DNA of 64,000 nt from assembly GCF_009914755.1 (NCBI RefSeq), contig NC_060929.1; one strand, written 5' to 3'. This DNA is from the human T2T-CHM13v2.0 reference genome, Homo sapiens. Below are positions 18,925 to 31,100 of this stretch, piece after piece. Made by a program: the position numbers and the translations under genes. Within the stretch, counting starts at the first letter, position 1. Each line of letters opens with the position of its first letter. The notes under the pieces were generated by a model. It was not told where the DNA came from. It saw only the letters and a program-made list of their open reading frames with translations, and made no database searches.

Positions 18925-19120
18925 CAGCATGATAAGTGGTTCTACAAAGAGCATAAATACTGGCATTACAAATCCTGACTCTGCCATTTACTAGTTAGGT
19001 GGCAGGGATTTAGTTAGTTAATCTGTATAAGCTTTAGTTGCATTATTTGTAAGCAAAGGCTAATACCACTTACTCTCTAGGTGGGTGACAGAATTTTAAA
19101 AATATGTGTAGTGCCATAGA
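18925..19120 (+). mobile_element. MIR fragment
   Basis: 'caaatcctgactctgccatttactag...gctttagttgcattatttgtaagcaaaggctaatacc'. Confidence 0.6.
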
Positions 19121-19124
19121 GTAG

Positions 19125-19553
<429 letters not shown>

Positions 19554-19865
19554 TAAAGCTGTTGCTGGTATTCATTTCTTCCCTAAACTAGTTGTTAGTG
19601 CTTCCTCCTTTGAATTCCCATGACACCTTGTGTTTTCTTTCTTACAGCTTGTATGTTAAAATGCCACATAATTTCTTAATGGTCAAATCCATCTTTTCTG
19701 GATAAATTATTTGAAGGCAGGGATGTTATGTTCAGCTTTGTGTTTTGGAAGTGGATTTGTTTGTTTTTAGTGTGTAGTAAGTGCTAAATTAGGTGAAGTT
19801 CTGCTTATTATATAGGGTCAACATCTCTTGCTTATTCTCTCTTGTTTGGTAGTAATATTGTTTAA

Positions 19866-20197
<332 letters not shown>

Positions 20198-20324
20198 TAA
20201 GGCAAATATCTCTTTCTGCATGGCTTTTCAGATAAATTCTTCCCTGAGTAAATAGTTTTCTTCAGCGTATTTCCAGAGCACCTTGTTCACAAGGCTATTT
20301 AATTTTTGGGTGCATTGTAATACT

Positions 20325-20480
20325 CTATAATTTGTGAACCCTTTGAGACCAAATGCCGTGTCTTAACCAGTTGTTAATTTTTTGTCTCCCTCCTTCCCTC
20401 CATAGAGCTCCAGTAGGGTATGCCCTTGATGTGCGATGGGTGCTCAAACATTTGTTGAACAAATAAAAGAATGAATGATC
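20325..20480 (+). mobile_element. L2 3' terminus
   Basis: 'gtgctcaaacatttgttgaacaaataaaagaatgaatga'. Confidence 0.65.
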
Positions 20481-21117
20481 TCCATCTTTTAAAATACCAG
20501 AAGATACTAGCATTAATGTTACGAATCCACATAATGATTGCCATATGTCTGTATCTTCCTGAAGATGTAAGAGAGAAGACTGTGTTAGATCCAGGAAAAC
20601 CTTTTAACTATATAATTCATTGGAAGTTTTTTTCTGGCCTGACAAATATGTGGAGCGTATCTTTACTCTTAGAATTATACAGTGCTTCTAAGCCTAATTA
20701 ATATATGCATGTGAGGCAATTTTTCCCCCCTCTTCTGCTTGTGTTGTGCATCCAAAGATGATAGCTAGGAGAAATTTGATAGGTCTGTTGAGAAATAGCT
20801 AGTCTTCTTGAAAGTGCCTTAAAAAAAAAAAATTCAGGGAAGACATGAGAGTGTGAATGGGTTTTAGGCTTTAATGTGAACTGAAGTGGGCTTGCTTAGC
20901 CAAAGGAGGGAGTAATTGCTTTTCCAGGATTCCAAAGATAGTCTCCATAGAGGCCCTATTTGTATAACCAGTGGACAAGACACAACACTGGCCCTTTAGT
21001 TGCTTCTAGCTGTAAGAAAAGAGTGGCAATGGGCACTGTAAATAATTTTAAGACACAAATGACAGAAAGTATAAGTTTCACAAGTTTCTAGGAAATGTTA
21101 TAAATTATTTTTAAAAA

Positions 21118-21274
21118 TTTTTTTAAAGAGACAGGGTCTTGTTCTATCACCCACGCTAGAGTGCAGTGGTGCAATCATGGCTCACTGCAACCTCAAACAC
21201 ATGGGCTCAAGAGATTCTCCTGCCTTGGCCTCACAAAGCGCCGAGATTGCTGGTGTAAGCCACCATGCCCAGCC
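21118..21274 (-). mobile_element. Alu monomer (FRAM/AluJ-like)
   Basis: A single right-arm-type monomer in reverse, flanked by tataaat. Confidence 0.8.
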
Positions 21275-22162
21275 TATAAATAAATTCTTGAGCTCAGGAT
21301 TGTATAAGTTGGATATTCCTATAAGCTATAGTAAAATCTATTTTATATGTTTTTAGCTAGTTTTTAAAAAATTATAGATACAATACCTCTTCATTATAGA
21401 AACTTTTTATAAGTACGAAATGTAAAGAGGCCGTGTGTAACCCAATGATAACTATTATTTGCCTTTTGACTCCAGTCTTTCCTCTGTATTTAAAAAGAAG
21501 CATACATTTATGATTTCATTTGTTTCTGCTTAACATTTTTCATATATATAAATATTTTCATAATAGTCAATTGTAGGCCATACCATAATTTACTTAACTA
21601 GATGCTTATTGAGCATGTGAGCTTTTGGTAGTGTTCTGTGAAGGAAATGAATGAATCAATGGCTGAGCTCTGTATTTTCACATACCAGTGAGTCTCTGTT
21701 ATGGCTGTACACATCATGTAGTTGGGATGATTAATGAAGTGTGGTGGTTCTGCATAATTGTGGCCCTGTTTCTGTATTCTATGGATGTGAGAGTAGATTT
21801 TATTAGATATGTTTTTTCTCCTGTTCAAATCTTGAATTTTTCTTTTTTTTGGATACATATAATGCCCTTTTTTTTTTAAAGGAACATTATTAGATCAAAG
21901 GGAAATATTTTTAAGCCTCTTGATATATAGTGCCAAGTCACTTTCCAGATATTTTGCTTTCACCAGCAATATATGAAGGTGCTTTTTTTAGTGATAGCTA
22001 TAAAACAAACAAAGGAACAGCAAACAACAACAAAAATGAAAACTCTTAAACTAAATTTGTGCATGAAATATACAAAGTTTGGATTATTTTTATATTTTTA
22101 AAAATGTAGATCAGTTATTTGAGTTCATTCTTGCTGAGTTTGTTTTTCATTCTGTAAAACAG

Positions 22163-22329
22163 GTGATTTGATGAAGGCTGCTGCAGGAGAGTTCGCAGAT
22201 GATCCCTGCTCTTCTGTGAAGCGAGGCAACATGGTTCGGGCAGCTCGAGCTTTGCTCTCTGCTGTTACCCGGTTGCTGATTTTGGCTGACATGGCAGATG
22301 TCTACAAATTACTTGTTCAGCTGAAAGTT
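22163..22329 (+). CDS. CTNNA1: Catenin alpha-1 coding exon (exon 4), 167 nt, phase 1 to 0
   Basis: Acceptor ...ctgtaaaacAG at 22161-22162 and donor GTaagt at 22330. Encodes (G)DLMKAAAGEFADDPCSSVKRGNMVRAARALLSAVTRLLILADMADVYKLLVQLKV, the conserved N-domain motif of the vinculin/alpha-catenin family. Confidence 0.97.
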
Positions 22330-22661
22330 GTAAGTATACAGGCCTATGTCTGTAATTTGTTCTATCACAGGAAGATTGCTACTGGCCTTCCTTAGTTCAG
22401 TATTCCTTAGGATTTAGTTTGGTTTTGAATTTGGTTTATCTCAATGGACCAGAGATGTTTTTGTTTAATTTCCACTTACTCCTCTATTCCAAGTATATAT
22501 CATCCTGGCTCTGTTCTGAGCCAGTGTTGTCTTGGCTGTAATGAAGAACTTGTAGCAAAGATACTGTTTTGACTCCTTCCCTTTTTCCAGTAATGATTAA
22601 ATATTTTCCTTGTAGAGTTCTGGAGTTGAGAAACCAAGATACATTAAATTTTGTACTTTTA

Positions 22662-24088
22662 TTTATTTATTTATTTTTTCCATTTAACCCTGAGTGGACA
22701 CAGCACATGTTTCAGAGAGCACAGGGTTGGGGGTAAGGTCACAGATCAACAGGATCCCAAGGCCGAAGAATTTTTCTTAGTACAGAACAAAATGAAGTTT
22801 CCCATGTCTACTTCTTTCTACACAGACACGGCAACCATCCGATTTCTCAATCTTTTCCCCACCTTTCCCCCCTTTCTATTCCACAAAACCGCCATTGTCA
22901 TCATGGCCCGTTCTCAATGAGCTGTTGGGTACACCTCCCAGACGGGGTTTCGGCCGGGCAGAGGGGCTCCTCACTTCCCCAGTAGGGGCGGCCGGGCAGA
23001 GGCGCCCCTCACCTCCCGCACGGGGCGGCTGGCCGGGCAGGGGGCTGACCCCCCCACCTCCCTCCCGGACGGGGCAGCTGGCCGGGCAGGGGGCTGACCC
23101 CCCCACCTCCCTCCCGGACGGGGCGGCTGGCCTGGCGGGGGCTGACCCCCACCTCCCTCCCGGACGGGGTGGCTGCCGGGCGGAGACGCTCCTCACTTCC
23201 CAGACGGTGTGGTTGCCGGGCGGAGGGGCTCCTCATTTCTCAGATGGGGCGGCTGCCGGGCGGAGGGGCTCCTCACTTCTCAGATGGGGCGGTTGCCAGG
23301 CGGAGGGTCTCCTCACTTCTCAGACGGGGCGGCCGGGCAGAGACGCTCCTCACCTCCCAGATGGGGTCGCGGCCGGGCAGAGGCGCTCCTCACATCCCAG
23401 ACGGGGCGGCGGGGCAGAGGCGCTCCCCACATCTCAGACGATGGGCGGCCGGGCAGAGACGCTCCTCACTTCCTAGGTGGGATGGCGGCCGGGAAGAGGC
23501 GCTCCTCACTTCCCAGATGGGATGGCGGCCGGGCAGAGACGCTCCTCACTTTCCAGACTGGGCAGCCAGGCAGAGGGGCTCCTCACGTCCCAGACGATGG
23601 GTGGCCAGGCAGAGACGCTCCTCACTTCCCAGACAGGGTGGCGGCCGGGCAGAGGCTGCACTCTCGGCGCTTTGGGAGGCCAAGGCAGGTGGCTGGGAGG
23701 TGGAGGTTGTAGCAAGCCGAGATCACGCCACTGCACTCCAGCCTGGGCACTGTTGAGCACCGAGTGAACCAGACTCCGTCTGCAATCCCGGCACCTCTGG
23801 AGGCCGAGGCTGGCGGATCACTCGCGGTTAGGAGCTGGAGACCAGCCCGGCCAACACAGCGAAACCCCGTCTCCACCAAAAAAATACGAAAACCAGTCAG
23901 GCGTGGCAGCGCACGCCTGCAAATCGCAGGCACTCGGCAGGCTGAGGCAGGAAAATCAGGCAGGGAGGTTGCAGTGAGCCGAGATGGCAGCAGTACAGTC
24001 CAGCTTCAGCTCGGCATCAGAGGGAGACCGTGGAAAGAGAGGGAGAGGGAGACCGTGGGGAGAGGGAGAGGGAGGGGAAGGGGGAGGG
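22662..24088 (-). mobile_element. SVA retrotransposon (hominid-specific), antisense to the gene, with a 3'-truncated SINE-R
   Basis: Read on the minus strand: (CCCTCT)n-type hexamer head (about 24030-24088), Alu-like domain (about 23650-24025), GC-rich VNTR (about 22935-23650), HERV-K-derived SINE-R (22680 to about 22935) and an A-rich tail. A perfect 15-nt TSD aattttgtactttta sits at 22647-22661 and 24089-24103. Confidence 0.97.
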
Positions 24089-24306
24089 AATTTTGTACTT
24101 TTAGAGGCCAATATTAGTGTTTTTCCCACTATGAAGCTCCTGTGTAATTGCTGTTTAAATGTTAGAAGACCATGCGCAAACTCGAGAGCTAAGTTTGGGT
24201 TGCTTTTTGAGTAGTTGTTAACAGGAATGAAAATTCCTAGGATGCCATCTTCTTTACAGACCTACATTCAGAATTTTTGGGTTTTGGGGTCTTTCTTATT
24301 TTATAG

Positions 24307-24426
24307 GTGGAAGATGGTATCTTGAAGTTGAGGAATGCTGGCAATGAACAAGACTTAGGAATCCAGTATAAAGCCCTAAAACCTGAAGTGGATAAGCTGA
24401 ACATTATGGCAGCCAAAAGACAACAG
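24307..24426 (+). CDS. CTNNA1: Catenin alpha-1 coding exon (exon 5), 120 nt, phase 0-0
   Basis: Acceptor ttttatAG ends at 24306 and donor GTacag starts at 24427. Encodes VEDGILKLRNAGNEQDLGIQYKALKPEVDKLNIMAAKRQQ, in frame with both flanking exons. Not listed on this strand in the ORF track. Confidence 0.96.
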
Positions 24427-25149
24427 GTACAGTCATGATTTGGGGATATATTAAAGTTGTTCATTTTACTATCTAGAGGGAAAAACTCATTCTGTGTGCT
24501 TTCTGAAAGTACCATTACTTACCTTCGCCAATATAGTTCCATTAAAACATTTAAACTAAGGTGTCTTTTCAGTATTGTGCTGTTAATAAAGTTGTAATTA
24601 CATTGCATTCATGTTATGCTCCTATTTTAATTCTTGTGAACATTTTATCTTAAGTAGCTTGACAACTTGTGATGAAGGTAGTGTCTGGAGAGGTAATAGG
24701 TCTTTGTGTATTTAAGGATTAACCTGAATTAGTGGTGCAGTTTTGTTCAGATTTTTAATAAAATCTTAATCCATTTAAATATACTGGAATTATCTCTGTA
24801 TCAGAAAGTATCTCCATACCTTGCCCCACCAGCCCCGTGTCTTGTTACTTTTTAACTGTTTCTTATTGTTATTAGTATTTTCCATTGTGTGGCATGAGGA
24901 TCAGTGTTAACTTTTCCAAGCTCCAGTAGCCCTTTGACCCTTCGGCATTTTCACTGTTGGTGTGCTTTGAAACCCTTCCTGTGCCCTTGCTGTTGGACGC
25001 TGTGTATTTCAGGTGTATATTCTTCAAGGAAGATCCATATATTGCTATCCATCTTCTTATATCTTTCATAGTCCTGATCAAGCTTACGCTTTACATTCTT
25101 ACTTTAAAACAAGCCCCAAGAAGAATAGTTGTTGTTAGCTAGTACCTTT

Positions 25150-25705
25150 ATCAGTTAGGATACTTTGCACTGGAGTTTGCAGAAAACCCAGCTCCCAAAC
25201 TGCTTGAAAAATGGGGGATTTATTTTCTCATTAAGTATAAGTCCTGAGTTAGGCTAAGTGACTTCAGGGTTGTTAAATATAAGGGCTTTGCAGTATCATC
25301 AAGGATCCAGGTTCTTGATATTTTTCATCACTATCGTCTTCAGTGTGCCTGGCACTGGGTGGCTGCAGAGGCTCTTTGCATGACATCTGCACATAATATG
25401 TCCAGTGAGAACAAAAAGGACTGTTCCTTCCATATGTCTCTCTTTATAAGCAAACAATCTAGAAGCTCCTAGTAGACTTGTCCTAAATCTGAATTGTGCA
25501 ACATGCCTATTCCTCAGTTATCCCTGGCAAGAGGAAAGGAGTCTGCCTGACTCAGAATAATCCAGATCCACCTTCTGCTCTGGGTTAAGGGGTAGCTTTC
25601 CTGAGGACAGAAACACCCGACAAAAGGTCTGACAGGTAGTAGAAAGTTGGGTTGGGAGTAGTGGGAGTAGGGAATGGATTTGGGTAGGCAACGTGCTATG
25701 ACTGC
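25150..25705. mobile_element. Old MLT1-type (MaLR) LTR
   Basis: Resembles MLT1K/L: 'tatcagttaggatactttgc...cagaaaacccagctc...gatttattttctcat...atcatcaaggatccaggttct'. Highly diverged. Confidence 0.55.
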
Positions 25706-25756
25706 TATAGACTTTTTTCATTACAGCAAGATGGTTGTCAGTAAACACATAAAAAA

Positions 25757-26040
25757 ATTTTTTTTGAGGCAGGAGATCTCACTCTGTTGCCCAGGTTGGA
25801 GTACAGTGGTGGCATCATGTAACCTCGATTTCCCCAGGCTCAGGTGATCCTCCCACCTCAGCCTCCTGAATAGCTGAGACTATAGGCACAGGACACCACA
25901 CCCGGCTAATTTTTGTACTTTTTGTAGATACAGGATTTTGTCATGTTGCCAGGCTGGTCTTGAACTCCTGGGCTCAAGAGATCCTCCTACCTCTGCCTCC
26001 CAAGGTACTGGGATTACAGGCATGAGCCACTGTGGCTAGC
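25757..26040 (-). mobile_element. AluJ-type element
   Basis: Diverged reverse dimeric Alu. Confidence 0.9.
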
Positions 26041-26378
26041 TAAATGCTATTAAAGTCTAATATATGACAGCTTCTTTTCTGGGGGCTTCTTAGTCATTTG
26101 GTTATATTTACATTAGTATTAAAAATCTATGCCATAGGGTTGAGAGGATTCAAATAAATAATATATGTACAGTGTTTAATATAGTGCCAGGCACTAAGAA
26201 GGCCCTTCTCAGTAGGCAGTTGGTGAATAATAGTTTATTGCTTATATTTCAAGTCATAAGATGTGATCAGACTAACTTATATATGAGATCCTGGTTTTGC
26301 ATTTCTAGTACTTAAGATTATACATGGTAATATAGCTAGGTTGGTATACCCAAGTTAGTGTAGGCTCAGTGTGCTTTT

Positions 26379-26547
<169 letters not shown>

Positions 26548-26863
26548 TAAATTATAAGTATCTTTTCTTTTTGCTGGAGCTAATTGATCCTGAGAAGAAC
26601 TTGTTTAATAGAATGGTAATCCTATAAATGTGGCAAGCCGGCCAAATTACATTCACAATTTATTTTAATTAATGGGTTTGATACAAATTCTCTTTTGAAT
26701 ATGTGAAGTAAATATTAAGTTATATTTAAAAGATACAATTTGGCAAATAGTCCTACTGGTTTAAAACGTAGTCTGAGCTTGGTTTATGAAGACTGACTGT
26801 TATTTAGACAAAATAAACATTAAGATTGCCACTATTGTGCATCATTGCAAAATGGCGGAATAA

Positions 26864-27223
<360 letters not shown>

Positions 27224-27419
27224 TGAGTTGTTTTTTTTCTTTTTTCCAAAGCCAAATACTTCTCAATGCCTAAGTTTTAATACCATGTTCCATGGATCTG
27301 TGAAGAGTTCCTTGAACATAATCCCTTATGTATTTTTTTCATGTGTTTTTTTTTGAAAGTAGTAGCAAATGCCAAAGTTTTCTGAAATAAGATGTCACAG
27401 AAATATTGGAATTATTATA

Positions 27420-27841
27420 TACATGCTGGATAATCTTCTGTTTGCCCTTCCATATTGTTTCCCACCCTTGTTTACCCTATTCTCTGCCCCAGGAACCTAA
27501 CCTGCCTGGATTTCATTTGTGGGCTCCTGCTTGGGCTTGGTGAGTGGGAGCACCAGCAGGAGGTCAAAGGAGATAGAGTGATGCTAGGGTGTTACTCTTA
27601 GGCCTCTTTCCTGCTGGGTGCCCTGGGTTGCTAAAAGTGATGGCATTCTCTACACATCTTGCTCCCTGGTTTTGGTAACTGCTGCCTCCTCTTGTCCCTT
27701 CATTCCTAAGTGTCCTACCAGCTTTGTAGTTTTTCTGTATTTTGTCCATACCTATGTATGATAGTATAGTCTCTAAACTGCCTTTGAGTCACCCGATTTG
27801 ATTTTATTCTATTTTTTTCTGCCAGAATTTTGAATGATACG
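27420..27841 (+). mobile_element. LTR33-like (ERVL) solo LTR
   Basis: 'ctctgccccaggaacctaacctg...gggagcaccagcaggaggtcaaagg...ggtaactgctgcctcctcttgtcccttca...tttctgccagaattttgaatgatac' matches the remembered LTR33 layout. Confidence 0.6.
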
Positions 27842-28127
27842 TATTCGCATTTTCTTGGGTTTATAGTAAGTCATGAGTCATTTGTAGTTTTCCTTGGGCC
27901 TAAGTTTTTAGCCTTAGCCTCCTGAAAGAGAATTCACTGAGTAGACTGGTTGTGGGCTCCTGTGTACCCCCGTTCACAAAATGGTCTTTTATAGGCTTGG
28001 GCCTTGGTGTATATTCCAGTAGACGAATGCTTTTCTTGGAAATTAAACAAATACTAATTTTGTCCTAAGGGCCCAGCCTGATGGAAACTTCATTATTTCT
28101 TTTGGGCACTGTCCATTGGCCTCCTTC

Positions 28128-31100
28128 AGTAGAATTTATTCCTCCTATTTAACTGTATATTTGTATCTGATAACTAACCTTTGGCTACCCACCTCTCCGC
28201 ACTACCCTTCCTCACTTCTATGAGTCAACTTCTTAAGCTTCCATGTAAGTGAGAACATGTGGTATTTATCTTCCTGTGCCTGGCTTATTTGACTTACCAT
28301 AGTGTTTTCTGAGGTCATCCATGTTTCCATGAATGACAGAATTTTGTCTTTTTTAAATGGCTAAATAGTATTCCATTGTGAATATATGCCACATTTTGTC
28401 TGTTGATGGACACTTAGGTTGATTCCATATCTTGGCTATTGTGAATAGAGCTGCAGTAAACACAGGAATGCATGTCTCTCTTTGACTTACTGATTTCCTT
28501 TCCTTTGGATACCCAGTAGTGGGATTGCTGGATCATATGATTGGTCTATTTTTAGTTTTTTGAGGAAATTCCATACAATTTTCCATAATGGCTGTACTGA
28601 TTTACATTCCCACCATCAGTGTATAAGAGTGTTCCCCTTTCCCTGCATTCCCACCAGCATTTTTTTTCCTTTCGTTTTGCTAATAGCCATTCTAATTAGA
28701 ATGAGATGATAACCTCTTGGAGGTTTTGATTTGCTTTTCTCTGATGATTAGTGATGTTGAGGATCTTTCCATATACCTGTTGGTCATTTGTATGTCTTCT
28801 TTTGAGAAATGTATGTTTAGCTCATTTGTCTTTTTTTTTTTTAAGACAGAGTTTTAGTGTGTCACTCAGGCTGGAGTGCAGTGGTGCAATCTCGACTCAC
28901 TGCAACCTCCACTTCCCAAGTTCAAGCAATTCCTGTCTCAGCTTCCTGAGTAGCTGAGACTACAGGCATGCGCCACCATGCCCAGCTGATTTTTGTATTT
29001 TTAGTAGAGTCAGGTTTTCACCATGTTGGCCAGGCTGGTCTCGAACTCCTGGCCTCAAAAGTGATCCACCTGCCTTGGCCTCCCAGAGTGCCTGGATTAC
29101 AGGTGTGACCCACCGTGCCCGGCTACATTTGCCCATTTTAAAATCAGATTATTTGAGTTTTTGCTGTTGAGTTGTTTGAGTTGTTTGTATATTCTAGATA
29201 TTAATCCCTTATCAGATGAATAGTTTGCACATATTTTCTCCTGTTCTTCAGGTTGGCTCTTCACTCTGTTGATTATTTCCTTTGTTGTGCAGAAGATTTT
29301 TAGTTTATATAATTCCGTTTGTCTGTTTGAATATAACATTCCATTTTTTCCTGGCCTGTAGCGTTTCTGCATAGAAATCTGCGTTATTCTAATGGGAATT
29401 CCCTTTTATGTGACTTGATGCTTTTCACTTGCTGTCTTTAGAATTTTATCTTTGTCTTTTGACTTTTGACAATTTGACTATAATGTGCCTTGGGTGTATA
29501 ACTACCCACTAATTATAACTACTTTTTTGATTCAATCTCTTTGGGGACTTTTTGGGCTTTTTGGATCTGTATGTCCATATCTCTCCCCAGACTTGGGAAG
29601 TTTCCAGCTATTATTTAATTAAATAGGTTTTCTATGCCTTTTCTTTTCTCCTTCTGGAATTCCCATGATGGGAATATTGGTTGATTTAATGCTATCCTAT
29701 AAGTTTTGCAGGCTTTCTTCACTCTTTTTCATTGTTTTTTGTTTGTTTGTTTTTCCTCTGGGTAATTTCAAGCTACCTATCTTCAAGTTCTGAGATTTTC
29801 TTTTTCTTGGTGAAATCTTTTGAAACTTTCTATTGTATTTTTTATTGAATTCTTCGTTGTTTTCACCATTAAATTCTTTAGCTGCATGATTTCTGTTGGT
29901 TCTTCTTCATGCATTCTTTTTGTTGAATTTCTCATTTACATCCTGATTTTGGTGAATTTTCTATTTGTATTTTATTGTATCTCTTTGAGGTTCCTTAAGA
30001 TAATTATTTTATTTTATCTTTTTGAGACAGACTTTCGCTGTCATCTGTTGCCCAGGCTGGAGTGCAGTGGCATGATCTTGGCTCATTGCAACCTCCACCT
30101 CCCAGGTTCAAATGATTCTTGAGCCTTAGCCCCGTCCCTGCGCCCCCGCCCCCACAACCAAGTAGCTGGGATTACTGGTGTGAGCCACTGCATCTGGGCC
30201 TAGATTTTAAATTCTTTTTCTGGCAGTTTGTTGATTTCCCCCTTTTTTTTCCTTTTTCTTTTTTTTTTTTTCAGACAGGGTCTTGCTCTGTCGCCCAGGC
30301 CAGAGTGCAGTGGCATTTTCTCGGCAGTCTCAAGTGATCCTCCCATCTCAGCCTCCCAAATTGCTGGGGCTACAGGCATGCCATATCCAGCTTTTTTTTT
30401 TTTTTGGGAGCGGGGGTGGGTAGAGATAGGGTCTTGTTACGTTGTCCAGGCTGGTCCCGAACTCCTGGGCTCACACTGACTTCCTTTTTATTGGGTTCTA
30501 GTGTTAAAGAGTTATATTCCTTTCTTGGTGTCATATTTACTTGCTTTCTCATGTTTCTTATGTCCCTGTTTTGATGTCTGTGCATGTGGTGGGACAATCA
30601 CCTCTTCTACAGTCTTTTGAATGGCTTTTATAGAGACTTTCCCTTGCAGTTGGATTTTAGTGTGCTGGTTAGGGAGTGTGTGTTGGCTCTGTGTCCAGTA
30701 GGAGCAATAGTACAGTCTTCATGCAGCTTCTTCACCTGTGTTCAACATCAGCAGTAACTTTGGGTGCCTCAGTTGCCTAGGCTGTAGAAGTTTGTGGTAG
30801 TTGTGGCAGTCATGTAGGTCCTTGGTGTCAAGGGTTTTTGGGGTCCTCCTCTTCTTGTTTTTCTCACAGTAGGGAGACTTAGCTGACTGGGTCCCTGGTT
30901 GTGTCAGGTATGACACAGTGTACGAGCAGCTACTGTGGCACTGGGTTCCAGGTACAGGTGCTCGCGGTGGCTGTGGGGCTGGGGTCCCAGGCTCAGGGTT
31001 TTGTGAACTTACTGTGGCACCTGGATCTTGGGATGTATTGAGTGCCTGGCTTTGTTCTCTATGGCAGAGTTGGATGTCAGTTGCCCATAAAGCCAGGATC

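Noticed and set aside
22935-23650. Tandem 35-50-nt repeats resembling a CRISPR array or CpG-island promoter
   Set aside because: There are no unique spacers and the context is eukaryotic. It is the SVA VNTR.
22876-24214. Cluster of 75-195 aa ORFs on both strands
   Set aside because: These are translations of the GC-rich, stop-poor SVA VNTR and Alu-like domain, giving repetitive peptides (LLTSQ...). They are not genes.
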